The notes under the pieces were generated by a model. The model worked only from the letters and a program-made list of their open reading frames with translations, made no database searches and was not told where the DNA came from. 48,746 nt of DNA, from NCBI RefSeq assembly GCF_001194135.2, contig NC_068982.1:40293357-40342102 (forward strand). Reading direction: 5' to 3'. Positions 25,126 through 38,530 of this stretch are shown here, in pieces. The translations under genes were made by a program, and so were the position numbers. The DNA comes from Octopus bimaculoides. Taxonomy: Eukaryota. How positions within the stretch are numbered: position 1 is the first letter of the stretch; each line of letters opens with the position of its first letter.

Positions 25126-25203
<78 letters not shown>
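25126..25203. repeat. (ATAG)n tetranucleotide microsatellite
   Basis: About 19 perfect units. Confidence 0.98.
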
Positions 25204-26601
25204 ATTGCTATTAACAATAGAAGCATCTTTTGCAATGGATATTAGTTTATTAATTAGCACACCCAACCTGACATGGATGTGTGGTTTATCTCGTATTTAC
25301 AGAATACTGAAACACTGTATATGAAATTAAATTTCATGGCAAATCTAATAAACATATTTAATCTAGCTGTAAAAATATTGCCTGTAGTCAAAACTGATGG
25401 TTCTCAACAGACATGGAAGAAAGCTCGATTTGACTGATCAATTAGTTTCGGCTTTCGTTGCTCACTGGGTCGAATAACCTCAGCGGGTTTACGTCAAGCT
25501 CAACTTATTTACATATGGTGTAAATATAATTGTACCGATTATACAAACAGACACGCTACGTATATAAGATTAATTTTGTGAACAAGTTATTATAGCGTGT
25601 CTCATGTATAGAACTGGACTATTCATGAAATAGTATTTGTATTTTCTTTAGCATCCGGGTGAAATTATCAAATCCAGATGATTCAGCAGCGAAAGCGGAA
25701 ATAAGTCTTTTCTCACAGAAAATAGATCATACTTGTTTAATCTGAAAATCTCCGCAAATTTGATAGCTCTTTCGTAATTGTAACTCATGTATTTTTTTAA
25801 TCTGAAAAATGTATTTAAAATGATTAATCGTGTTTAATATATTGTATCCTAAACAAATAATTCCGTTTTATTAATTATTGGATATTCATTTTCGATTAAT
25901 CAAGCTTTAAAATTCGCCATACAAAAGAAAAAGAAATGAAAACGGCTGGTGGTTTTCATTATTTTGTTTTAACTCCGCATAGCGTCATTTCTCTTATAAA
26001 CATCGGTTTTAGACCATTCTGAGGCGCACCTTCAAGGATTAAGCGTCTATTTTTTATTTTGTGCCGTCCCAGATATGGCCTGAAAATAATCTGTGTTATA
26101 TTGTTGTTATTGTCATCGTTGCTGCTGGCTGGAAGTGTGGAGGTGGCAGTGGTCGTAGTAGTGATGCTAGTGATGGTAGAAATATATTTATTTAAAAAAA
26201 ATATATATATATATATATAAGATTAGTATGGATGAATCCGGATGCGAGAAAGAATGACGTTAGGGAGTATTTAAATGTGTCAGGAGGAAAAGGGAGGTTC
26301 TTTAGTAAACATTTTCTTTGAGACAGTTATATCGATATTTTTTCTCTTGCCTTCTTACTTGTTTTCTGTGTGTATATGTGTGTGTGTGTATGTGTGTGTG
26401 TGTGAGTGTGTGTGAGTGTGTGTGTGTGTGTGCGTGCGTGTGTGTGTGTTCGTATGTATTTATATATGCATATGTGTGTATGTGTGAGTGCGGTGTTTGT
26501 GTGTGTGTGGTTCAAAAATGTATAAAAACAAAAGACATAGACAGGTGAGGGGACAATAGACAAGGTGTATTAGTTTGACGCACAGGAAAAACGGGAGAAG
26601 T

Positions 26602-26637
26602 CTTTGACGTTTCAAGCCTACGCTCTTCTATAGAAAG
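26602..26637 (-). ncRNA. Possible degenerate hammerhead-like motif from a second repeat family
   Basis: cttt CTATAGA a gagc-gtag-gctt GAAAC GTC aaag: stems I and II pair and the cleavage triplet is GUC, but the core reads CUAUAGA instead of CUGANGA. Confidence 0.4.
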
Positions 26638-28435
26638 AAATAAAGAAAGACAAGAAATGGGGAGAGGAAAAAAAACGGACAGGAAAAAAACTGTCTGGAT
26701 TAATGGCAGACTTAACTAACCATTTTTATAAAAATCAAACGGCTAACAACCATTCTTACAAAAAAAAAATACATAAAGCTTAGATCCACGTTTATAAAAA
26801 GAAAGAAGTAGTTTCTTTTACTATATCTTTTTTTTTACTTTTCAAATTGGACAGTTTTCCATGTGCAATTGGAGAAAATTTGTATTTCTGTTCGTTTCCT
26901 ACTTTGCTTATTTCCCACAGAGTAAACGTGACATACTTAAGCACATATGAATACTTGCACATACTCTCACGCACACACTCGCGCATACACATATACAGAC
27001 TTGCACGCGCAAGTATATTCCTACCATAAACAGTTTAACCTTGTTACATATACCTTGTATATGTGTATGCATATATGTGTGTATGTATGTGCATATATAT
27101 ATATATATAAACAATATACATACATATATATCAATACATATGCATTTATGTGTGTGTATACATATACTGTGTTAGAATACGTATATATATATAGTTATAA
27201 ACACAAATATATGTGTACATACATGCTTACATATATAGCATTGTATTCTCTCGTATATTCTTATATATTAAATGTATGCATGTATGTACGCGGATAGAAC
27301 TATCAGTGTGTGTGTATGTATTTTCATATGTGAAATTTGACTGTTTCACTAACCTTCTAAGGTAAATAATTTATTGAACTTCTTGTTACTTTCATCGGCT
27401 AATTAGAAGCAATTCACAAGCGAGTTAGCTGCTATGGAACGCCATTAGATATGGTTCAGTACATATGACATGACGTCATTATGTGATGTCTTTTCGTCTT
27501 TTTCTAGGTTGGCAATCATACTTCTTTGGCAACTAATTTCTGTACCTTTTTTCTTTTTCGTTTTTTTTTTTTTTTCCTTAACAAGACACTATACATTTCA
27601 TAAGCCATAGATCAAAAATATATATATTCGATCGTGTATTTGCAAATTTCAGTATTGCTGATGTAGTGTGTGTATGTATTTGTATGTGTGTCTGTCTGTG
27701 TGTCTGTGTCTGTGTATTTGTATGTGTGTGTGCGTGCTTGCGTGTGTGTGTTCGTGCTTGCGTGTGTGTGTGTGTGTGTGTGCGTGTGTGTGTGCGTGTG
27801 CGTGTGCGTGAGTGTGTTGCATGAATTTATAAAGTACATATGTTTTCATTTGTCTAGTAACAATATTAATTGCACCACAGTGATGTCAGCATGAACAGAT
27901 ACTTAGTAGATCATCTTACTTATACGGTCGTATTCTTACAGTTGATTACACAACCCAGAGATAAGCATAAGTCGCTGGATACTAGTTAGACATCAAACGC
28001 ACAGTTTTGTTCTATCTAACTTGATTTTCAGAAACTATATACTACTGTGATACAAATATTTACTGAGTTGTTACTGAAGTTTTAAAAAAACAACCAGCAA
28101 ATATAGAATACATATTTCTGTTGAATCTAAACTACTTATATTTAAAACCATAAAGTTCTGTATCGTTTTTTAAGGTTACTTCTGCAAATTTCTCTAGAAA
28201 TTATAGCTAGCACTGATTTCTTGCGACGTTTCGTATCTGAATGCGTTTAATGTAAATAATGCAGTCGAAGATGGGAAAAATATTTAATGGGTGTATAGGC
28301 ATATTTCAGGAGTTTTTGCTCCTTTTTCAGTACCACATTCAACCCATTTTTCTTTATACAAATTATTCTTTATATAACACACGTATACACACTCGCTAAA
28401 ATAACACTTGCTAAATATGCAGTCGGTATACATAT

Positions 28436-29390
28436 ATATCATGTTATCCTATAAGTTCTGTCCGAATTTTGAATAAAGAAAACAAATGATCAAATGTTAT
28501 ATTTAATTGAAATTTAATCATCAGTGTACTTTCCCTGATTATCTATAACTTCCTTCCATCTATTTACAAGCTTTTTAATCCCGTCAATATAAAAGTATTT
28601 TGGTTTCAAAGCGAAGAACTCTGAAATGTCAGTTTCGCTCTTCTCCTGGCTTGCGAAAGTTATGTCCCCAAATGATTCTGTAAACTACGAAACAAATGGT
28701 AGTGTGAAGGAGCAAGGTCGGGAGAATAAGGTTGCATAAGGATTTTTTTTTTCCCAACCAAGCTCTTCGATCTTCTGTGATGTGATCTTCGCAGTGTGGA
28801 GCCGCGCATTGTCCTGATGAAACATCACTCCTTTTCGATTCACTAAAGCAGGACTTTTTTTCTTCAAAGTTTGGTTCAAACGCTCTAATTGCTGACAGTA
28901 GACTTGAGCATTGATTGTTGCATTAGGTGGTAACAATTCAAAGTGAATTACACCTTTGCAATCCCACTAGATAGAGAGAATAACCTTTTTCTCATGAAGT
29001 TCCCTTCTCGGTTGTGCATGAGCTTTTTTCCCTTTTGCCAAGACACAGTTTACGACGTTTGACATTTTGATAGAAGATCCATTTTTCGTCACCAGTCACA
29101 AGTCTATCCAAAAAGGGTGAAATGAGTTCGCGAGAATGGAGAGGAGAGCAGATGTCAACTCGGGATTTGCGGTTGCTTTCAGAAAATTCATGAGGTACTC
29201 ATTTTCCAAGTTTAGGAACTTTTCCAAGTTGTTGAAGATGACGATGAACAGTTGTATGGATTGAACTAAGCTTTATTGCCAATTCTTCAGCTGATAATGC
29301 AGGATTTTCTTCAAGTAATGCCTCAAAGGAGCTTATCATCAAACTCAACTGGACGTCCTGTTCGATTTTCATCTTCAAGGCTGAAATCTC
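28436..29390 (-). mobile_element. Mariner transposon relic running into a gap; transposase pseudogene 28514-29390
   Basis: DFSLEDENRTGRP, LGK*VPHEF, LVTGDEKWIFY, *WDCKGVIHFELLP, HQDNARLH, PYSPDLAPSHYHLFRSLQNHL (third catalytic Asp replaced by His), RWKEVIDNQGKYTDD*; frameshift in a poly-A run near 28745. Confidence 0.95.
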
Positions 29391-29736
29391 NNNNNNNNNN
29401 NNNNNNNNNNNNNNNNNNNNNNNNNNNNNNNNNNNNNNNNNNNNNNNNNNNNNNNNNNNNNNNNNNNNNNNNNNNNNNNNNNNNNNNNNNNNNNNNNNNN
29501 NNNNNNNNNNNNNNNNNNNNNNNNNNNNNNNNNNNNNNNNNNNNNNNNNNNNNNNNNNNNNNNNNNNNNNNNNNNNNNNNNNNNNNNNNNNNNNNNNNNN
29601 NNNNNNNNNNNNNNNNNNNNNNNNNNNNNNNNNNNNNNNNNNNNNNNNNNNNNNNNNNNNNNNNNNNNNNNNNNNNNNNNNNNNNNNNNNNNNNNNNNNN
29701 NNNNNNNNNNNNNNNNNNNNNNNNNNNNNNNNNNNN
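29391..29736. other. Assembly gap (N run)
   Basis: N characters. Confidence 1.
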
Positions 29737-29797
<61 letters not shown>

Positions 29798-31164
29798 TGT
29801 GTGTGTGTGTGTGTAAATAAGAAACAAGGATGTAGAGGTTTCAATACATTACAGCCGTTTTAAGTGGCTTCATTTAATTAATCAAAGAAAACATTTTATT
29901 ATATCTTAGTATATTTTTTAATCATGCAATGCTCATTAAATGTTTACATGCTCAAATCGGTTTAGCTATTGTTTCCGCATGTACTCCCTTATACTTTTAG
30001 TATACCTCTAATTCAATTACTCCTTGTATTCGATTCCATAGTTTCGATATATTATACTTATGCACCCGTAATGAAGAAAGTAGACCTTCTTATTGCTTTA
30101 ATATATACTATGTACTCCTACTCAGGTGATAGTTTAGTTCAGTTATACATTCACTGTAGAATGGGTTTATCATGACCACCTTAACAGTGTAATTAGGAAA
30201 CGCTTTAATATTTTTCACATATATTAAAGTATCCTATTATTAGGTTTGAAGTTTAACTTCTATCCTTTTTCTCTATATTGATTTTAATTTTCTCAGTTTA
30301 ATATACAAAAATTTGCTAAGTTATGAATCAATTCCCCACTATCCCTCAATTCTAATTTCCATCCTTAAAGCCTATATTACTTATATCTTTTGTTTTACAT
30401 TATATCCTCCTTTGTTTGATAATCTAAATAAATATTGGCTACTCCTATCCTTCCTTCTTCTAGTTGCCACCTCTTCCGCATCAGCCATTCTCTTGCTAGC
30501 AGCTCTGTGACATATCCTTTTATGTAGATAAATCCAGATATATGGTTTCAGTACAATGAGGGTCTGGGAGATAGATTGACATTAATTTATTTATCACCAT
30601 CAACTGGAATACAGTAGATTTAATTCTAAATGGCTGAAGACTACATGCTGCATAAAATCTTCCAAATATAAATAACTATGTCACCACTCCTTATCTTGAC
30701 AACCCCCCCCCCCAACCAAACACACACACTGTTTTCCTCTGCTACTCTCTAAATTATAGTAGGCTTAATAAGATATGCATTTTTCCAAATTCATTCTGCC
30801 ACAGATATAAAATAAAGAAACAATGTAATTATTTTGCTTTCTATTATTCGTGTAAATTTGTTAGAAATGTCTTACCCTTTATGTTTCAAACCTATATGGT
30901 CATCTGCCACAGAAGAGAGCGGTTTCTTTCAAATTGATGTAATTGCTCAATTAAATGGAGCCGCTTGAAACGAGCCGTAACGTATTGATACTTGTACATC
31001 CTTGTTACTTATTTACATTCTGTTCACTTAATTTCGAGTTGTGTAGACTATACCTAACTGGTAAAGTGCCTCAATTTAAGTAACTAATTCAATTGAGTCT
31101 GAATTATGTGTGTGTATGTGTATACATGTATATATATACGTGTGTATGTAATGTGTGTATGTAT

Positions 31165-31317
31165 AGGCGCAGGCGTGACTGTGTGGTAAGAATCTTGCTT
31201 CCCAACCACATGGTATTGTGTTCAGTCCCACTGTGTGGCTTCTTGGTCAAGTGTCTTCTATTATAGCCTTGTAAGTAGATTTGATAGACAGAAACTGAAA
31301 GAAGCCCATCGTGTATG

Positions 31318-31374
<57 letters not shown>

Positions 31375-31620
31375 TTAAATGTATGTATGTCTTCGTGTCT
31401 ATGTTTGTCTCCCCACCTCCACAATCATCGCTTGACAACCGATATTGGTGTGTTTATGTCCCCGTGATATAGCGGTTCGGCAAAAATGACCGATAGAATA
31501 AGTTCTAGGCTTACAAAGAATAAGTCTTAGGGTCGATATCTTTCGATTAAAAAGACCTTTCAACGCAGTACTCCAGCATGGCCACAATCAAATGAGTGAA
31601 ACAAGTAAAATAATAAACGA
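31165..31620 (+). mobile_element. SINE family C with internal (AT)/(AGAT) microsatellite
   Basis: aggcgcaggcgtgactgtgtggtaag ... gttcagtcccactg ... cttggtcaagtgtcttc; tail cgcttgacaaccg ... ctccagcatggccaca. Confidence 0.88.
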
Positions 31621-31684
31621 ACAAAAGAATATATANNNNNNNNNNNNNNNNNNNNNNNNNNNNNNNNNNNNNNNNNNNNNNNNN

Positions 31685-31721
<37 letters not shown>

Positions 31722-32269
31722 CTTTATATGAGTATATGAGTGTGTGTGTGCCTATGTGTATGTATTTACACGCACACACACACACACGCGCACACATAAT
31801 GTTCATGTGCATTCTACACCAGAATATACATGAACATTCTGGCAATATAATAAAATGCCTGACTGTGACATCTAAAATATTTTCTCTAAAACTTTTCCAT
31901 CAACTGGCTTGTCGTTTTCCGTTATATTTCCATTTATATCTAAGATGCATTATTAGATTATCGAAACACCAACAATTGATTATTACATTAATTTATGGCC
32001 CGCGGAGGGATGAACTCAGATGAAGGATTTGAACTCAGAGTCTAAAGAGCTGTCACTCTTAATCGATGTTTGCTTACTCTCCAATTGCTTTTATACTCTA
32101 TTATGCTCTTCACCTGTCAAATTATTAAGTATCTTTTCCAACTACTAGAACCATCAGTCTTTCTTTCGTTAACCTTCTCTACATCAATTTTATATCTTTT
32201 GCTCAGCACATATCTTTTGAACTTGTTTCTCCTTTCTTTTCCCTACTCCTATTATCATACTAAACTAAT

Positions 32270-32716
32270 ACTTTAACCCAAATCGAACCGACAATATTCA
32301 TTTTCCTTATATCACCCACCCGTTAGGACATTGAAAAATCTATGAACGTCGTTCATAGTGCGTCAGATTAGTGAACTCAGTAGAGCGTCTGACAGAATAT
32401 TTTGTACTATTTAATACCTTACTTAAGTAAAAGGTTAAAATCCTGTTCTCGTCAACTTCCGATGTTGATGAAATGAATAGCAAAGTACATGGTTCAATAT
32501 ATTCTACTAAAACCCTAGAATCTGGCATTCCATCATGACCGCTGTTTAATGACTAAAATCAATTACAGAATAAAAGCTAATAGTTCTTCTTATTTGTCTA
32601 CTGAAAGTAATTTCATTAATCTGACGTACTATGAACGATGTTCATGGATTTCTAAATGTCGTAACGGGTGGCTGATATGGGGAAATGAATATTGTCAGTT
32701 CAATTTGAGCTAAAGT
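32270..32716. mobile_element. Unclassified fold-back or MITE-like element with about 105-bp imperfect TIRs
   Basis: 32270-32375 aligns to the reverse complement of 32612-32716 at roughly 80-85% by eye. Confidence 0.8.
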
Positions 32717-33768
32717 TTTAATTTATTATGGTAATAAGGGATTCATTTTCCAATAATAATGTCTCTAAAACTGAGCGTCAAAAGTTTTGCTACGGTTGAT
32801 TTTGACCTCGCTTCATCATTGATTAACTCGATATTAACTTTTGCAGGTGTCTACTATTCCGTGCTCTTAACTAGGAGAATTCTTTATATGAGCTATCAAT
32901 TCGATTACATTCTTCTTTCCTTTTCATTTTATTTTTATTTTTGCAGTAAACAATAAATCTAGAAATCATTTGAAATGGAAAAACTGTCTTTTGCTATATC
33001 AACATTGAAAGCCGACATTTTACCCCTTGGTTAGTTTTTCTGATACTTAATGTAAAATTAGCGAAAATGCAAGTGGTATCAGTTTAAATCGAATAAACAT
33101 ATTTGATACGTAGCAGCGTTTGTAATTGTTTCGTTGCCCTAGTTATCCGCTGCATGATTGGATCTGTTCAATAAGCTGTGAAGTCACGTCTGACATACTC
33201 CTCATTTCTCTCAGCCTCTCCAACACTGTCTTCCGCTACAAGCAACCTGCAAGCAGCTGTCTAATATACTTCAGATATAATCCCACAAAACAAACGGACA
33301 CATCTCAAACACACACACATACATATACATATACACACAACCGCAAGTACAAGCACCGACATGCATATATGTACACAAAATCCGCATCAACAAAGAGATA
33401 CAATGGGATGCGTGCGTGCGTGTATGTGTGTGTGTATGTGTGTATGTGCGTGCATCCCTAAGTAATACACACTTCACATTCTTATACAATAAACTGCAGG
33501 CGTTCTACTTACTTCACGGTACACAACACACGTGACGCACACACATGCACGCGAGCACATACACACACGCACACAGTTCTCTCATGCATACTCACACACA
33601 AAAGTAGATCCAACACACAATAAATGCAAATATATAAAATCACAAAATATACACGTACACAAAAATACAGACTGTCTTTCCAATATAAAGTGTGTGCATT
33701 TGCGTGCGCATTTGTATGTACAAATACATATATATAAATATATGTGTGTATGTGTTTGTGTGTGTGTC

Positions 33769-33815
<47 letters not shown>

Positions 33816-34921
33816 TTATGTATGTATGTATGTATGTATGTATGTATGTATGCATGTATATGCATGCATACATCATTGAAATAGTTGCAATACGCTTAAA
33901 GGATAGGCACTATGTAAACGTTCGTTACAAGCATGCAGTAAACAACACGATTATACGCGCAACATACAGAGAAATATATATATGTGCGTATGCATCAGTA
34001 TATATCTATGTGTGGTTCCTGTGGGAATGTGTATGTATTTACGTATGTATGTATATATGCATGTGTGCATGTATGGTTGTATCCATGCATATGTGTAAGT
34101 CTGAATGTACATACATACATACATACATACAAACATACATACATATATGCTTCCAAATGCATGTTTGTTTACGCTCACGCTCTATTCTTAATCCGTTTTT
34201 CTTTAATACAAAATGACATTGCAGTAGTTCTTGTGGAAATGGAAAAAAAAAACGCCATAAATTTTCCCTTCTCGGACGTCTCACTAATACCGTACTTCTC
34301 AAACAGCTTTTGTTTCTCATGCCTTCATATTTTCCACTTGCATTCTTCGGAATATTCTTTGTATTTGCTATCGTTGTTATTGATACTTCTACTGCTACAG
34401 CTGCTAGTAATAGTACTAACAATCATATTTTACTATCATCACATTCATGAACTTTACCGTCATAATCATTTACATTTCTATTGATATTTGTTATTGCATA
34501 CCATTGCCACCATTAATTCAATCCAACATGTCTGACTACCAGCAAATTATTTTCGTGATTGATCGCTTGGCAATCCAATTCTTTTATCAATAATTGATAC
34601 AAAGAAATAGTATGTTTTTTTTTACCATTTTAACGCTTTTTTTATCCCTGGTATCCTTTAGATACTAAGTACGGAGTACGTATGATATTCAGTGTGATAT
34701 CAATAGTACAGCTATTTGATATGAGAATAAAAATTTAATACAAATGCATTCACAACACAACAATGAATTTCCCTTTTACAGCTATCGTTGGTTATGATAG
34801 GTGAAAAGTGTACAACACACAGAAATAAGTACTATCTCGCAGAGTATTCGTCAAACAAACATAACAAATTCGAATTTTGTCTACTTTAGAACTAGAGTAG
34901 TTTTTGTTTTTGCCATTATCT

Positions 34922-35126
34922 ACAACAGGTGGCAGAATTTATATTGTGTTGACAAAATGCGTAGCTACATTTCTTCGGCTCTTTTAGTTGGGAGTCGACT
35001 GTACTTTTCATCCGATGGTCGACTTCACCTGTCATTCCTTCGAGATCAATAAAATAAGCACCAGTTGAGCACTTGGAGTTGAAATAATCGACTGACTCAC
35101 TCCCTCAAAATTGCTGGCCTTCTGGA
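34922..35126 (+). mobile_element. Degenerate SINE family A copy
   Basis: ggtggcagaatt ... gtcattccttcgagatcaataaaataagcaccagttgagcac ... ctccctcaaaattgctggcc. Confidence 0.75.
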
Positions 35127-35283
35127 AAAATAGCAGTTATGAGACTTCAATAGTTTAAACTGTAAAGTTTTGATAATATATATCCGTATAACTACAATTT
35201 TATATTCGAAGCACACATATACATACATGTATGTGTGTGATTGTATCAGTGCGAGTGTATGCATGTGTGTGTATGTATATATG

Positions 35284-35314
<31 letters not shown>

Positions 35315-35970
35315 NNNNNNNNNNNNNNNNNNNNNNNNNNNNNNNNNNNNNNNNNNNNNNNNNNNNNNNNNNNNNNNNNNNNNNNNNNNNNNNNNNNNNN
35401 NNNNNNNNNNNNNNNNNNNNNNNNNNNNNNNNNNNNNNNNNNNNNNNNNNNNNNNNNNNNNNNNNNNNNNNNNNNNNNNNNNNNNNNNNNNNNNNNNNNN
35501 NNNNNNNNNNNNNNNNNNNNNNNNNNNNNNNNNNNNNNNNNNNNNNNNNNNNNNNNNNNNNNNNNNNNNNNNNNNNNNNNNNNNNNNNNNNNNNNNNNNN
35601 NNNNNNNNNNNNNNNNNNNNNNNNNNNNNNNNNNNNNNNNNNNNNNNNNNNNNNNNNNNNNNNNNNNNNNNNNNNNNNNNNNNNNNNNNNNNNNNNNNNN
35701 NNNNNNNNNNNNNNNNNNNNNNNNNNNNNNNNNNNNNNNNNNNNNNNNNNNNNNNNNNNNNNNNNNNNNNNNNNNNNNNNNNNNNNNNNNNNNNNNNNNN
35801 NNNNNNNNNNNNNNNNNNNNNNNNNNNNNNNNNNNNNNNNNNNNNNNNNNNNNNNNNNNNNNNNNNNNNNNNNNNNNNNNNNNNNNNNNNNNNNNNNNNN
35901 NNNNNNNNNNNNNNNNNNNNNNNNNNNNNNNNNNNNNNNNNNNNNNNNNNNNNNNNNNNNNNNNNNNNNN
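35315..35970. other. Assembly gap (N run) inside (AT)n
   Basis: N characters. Two further small gaps lie at 19842-19851 and 31636-31684. Confidence 1.
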
Positions 35971-36704
35971 TATATATATAAATATATATATATACACGCA
36001 CACACGCACACACAAACATATATATATGTATATGTATATGGTAGAGTCATGGTTGTCTAGTTTTCTCTTCAGACATGGGTTGTGTTAAAAACACTATATA
36101 AATTGAAACGAAATGCAATCACTGCGAAATTAAAGGTTAGCAGGAGGACTGTCAATGAAATGTATTCATTTGTCACATGCATGAACGAAATTCGTATCTT
36201 GATGTACCAGAAACATTGATATTGCGAAGTGCTAGCCGGACCGTAAAACATCTCGGTGAACACAATTAAAACACTATTAAATTAAAATAACCAGCTGTGC
36301 ATTAATATGAAAGTTATATACTCTGTTAAAAGATATGCTACTGTGGTTGTTGCTTGAGAGATGATCTCTTTATAGGCATATTGTGTTAAAACATAATTTT
36401 TTAAAAATCGAACCGAGGCGGGCATCCACGCAGCATTGAATCATGGGAACGATAGCTACATTTCACCTTTCTTGGGGCTTGTCAATAACCTGTACCAACT
36501 TGGCACATTTTGAACGAGAATCGTGTCTACATATATAAGAAACAGGCTACCTAAATTGCGTTCACTAAAAACATACATACATACATATGTATGCTTGTGT
36601 GTGTTTAATGAATTTCTAACAAAATTTCTTGATAGAATTACAACGTATATGGGAAAAGATTAACTTATATCAGGAAATATCAATTATTAAGAAAAAAAAA
36701 TCTA

Positions 36705-37746
36705 ATGGTACTTTATTTTATCAACCCCGAAATGATAAAGGCACTGTTGATTCCAGTGAAATTTGAACACAGAACGTAAAGTGGGAGAAAGAACTAATGC
36801 CAAGATTTTTTTTCCGTCGCTGTAACTGTTCTACTAGTTCGCCACCATTACACCAACTTAATAAACCTTTTCTACTAAAGGTGCAATGTCTTGATTTTTT
36901 TTTAGAGGAGGAAGCTAGTCGATTACATTGTCCCCAAAGCTCGACTAGCACTTATTTTATCGACTCAGAAAGGAGGATAGGCAAAGTCGACCTAGGCAGA
37001 ATTTAACTTAGAATGTAATATGGACGAAATACTGCTAAGCATTTTATCCGGAGTGCTAGCGTTTCCGCCAGCTCGCTACTTTATACCAACTTCATAATAG
37101 TTTCTACTGTGGCCATAAGGATTGAAATTTGGGGGAGGAGAATAGTCAATTACATCGATCATAGTGCTCAACTGGTACTTAATTTATTGATCCCGAAAGG
37201 ATGAAAAGCAAAGTCGACCACGTCATCATTTGAACTCAGAACGTAAAGACGGACGAAATGCCGCAAAGCATTTTTCCCGGCGTGCTAACGATTCTGCCAT
37301 CTTGCTGCCTTAATGGTTTCAAATTTTGGCACAGGGGTGGAAATTTCAGTGAAGGGGCTTAACTAATTAGATCGACCCTAGTGTTCAAATGGTACTTATT
37401 TTATCGACTTCGAAAGGATGAAAGGCAAAGTCGACCTCGGCGGAATTTGAACTCAGCTCATAAAACGGACGAAAGGCTGCTACGCTTTTAGCCCTGCGTG
37501 CTAATGTTTTTCCCAGCTCGATGCCTTACACCAACTCAATAATGATTTCAAATTTTGGCACAAGGCCAGAAAGCACGGGGGAGGGGTATTAGTCGATTAC
37601 ATTATCAACTGGAACTTATTATATGAACTTCAAAAGGATGAAAAGGAAAGTCGGCCCCGGCGGAATTCGAGCTCAGAATTTAAGGACGGACAAAATACTG
37701 CTAAACACTTCTCCTGGCGTTCTAACGATTCTGTCAGCTCGCCGCC
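36705..37746 (-). mobile_element. Head-to-tail array of five SINE family A copies
   Basis: Units at about 36705-36847, 36865-37080, 37098-37311, 37313-37525 and 37543-37746. Confidence 0.92.
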
Positions 37747-38324
37747 TCATACAAACTTAATAATGACAATCATTTTACTAAATATTCTATTATTTTCTAA
37801 TTATCTGAAAGAAGACAGTATATTTCAATAAAACTATGACGAAAAGAAATAATATATTAAGGTGGAATTTTAATGTAATAAAGTGTACGTATGTGTTAAG
37901 TAGACTACAATTTTGCTCTGAGGTAGCTGACATTATTGCGTCGAAGTACATCGGTCAGAAGATTACGGGCTATGTCTCAACTTCTGATATTTTCTATATC
38001 TCAGAAAAACTGCCTCTCAGAAAAAGTAAGAGCCTTGTGTGTCCTCAAGTCATGAAATAATCACTGGGAAAAGTTCCTGATGAGAAAAATAAATCATTTA
38101 GCTTAATTACATAAATTGGCACAGCATAATATTTTGCAAGATTATATTCACGCCAAGAAAAAATGAAAAAATTTTAGCATAAAATTATATTTTACTTCCT
38201 ATATTTTTAATTTGCGCGCGCGTGTGTGTGTGTGTGTGTAATTACGTCATAAGAATCTCAACCAGAGAAATATTCTGTGTGACTTAGTTGCAATAATTTT
38301 GTATGAATATCATTAAAGCGAGTC

Positions 38325-38530
38325 ATTGGCACAATCGTAAGCATGCCGAGCAAAAGGCTTAACAGCATTTCGTCCGTCTTTAAGTTCTGCGTTCAAACTG
38401 CACAGAGGCCGCATTTTATTTTCTATCCTTCCGGGGTCGATAAAATAAGTACAAGTTGAGCATTGAGATCGATGTAATCGACTTACCCCTCCCTCAAAAT
38501 TGATAGCCTTCTGCCAAAAGTTAGAATCTT
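38325..38530 (+). mobile_element. SINE family A copy
   Basis: gcatttcgtccgtctttaagttctgcgttcaaac ... tccttccggggtcgataaaataagtac ... gatgtaatcgacttacccctccc. Confidence 0.85.

Noticed and set aside
26545-26575. Similarity of gaggggacaa..gacaaggtgtatta to the alternative SINE tail near 14025
   Set aside because: Too short and gapped to claim homology by eye.
30200-30500. Minus-strand GVANIY and LIIGYFN resembling AP-endonuclease motifs
   Set aside because: The spacing is about twice the usual, with multiple stops between them.
36705-37763. Repeat-spacer pattern resembling a CRISPR array
   Set aside because: The units are about 210-bp SINEs with Pol III boxes in a eukaryotic context, with no cas genes.
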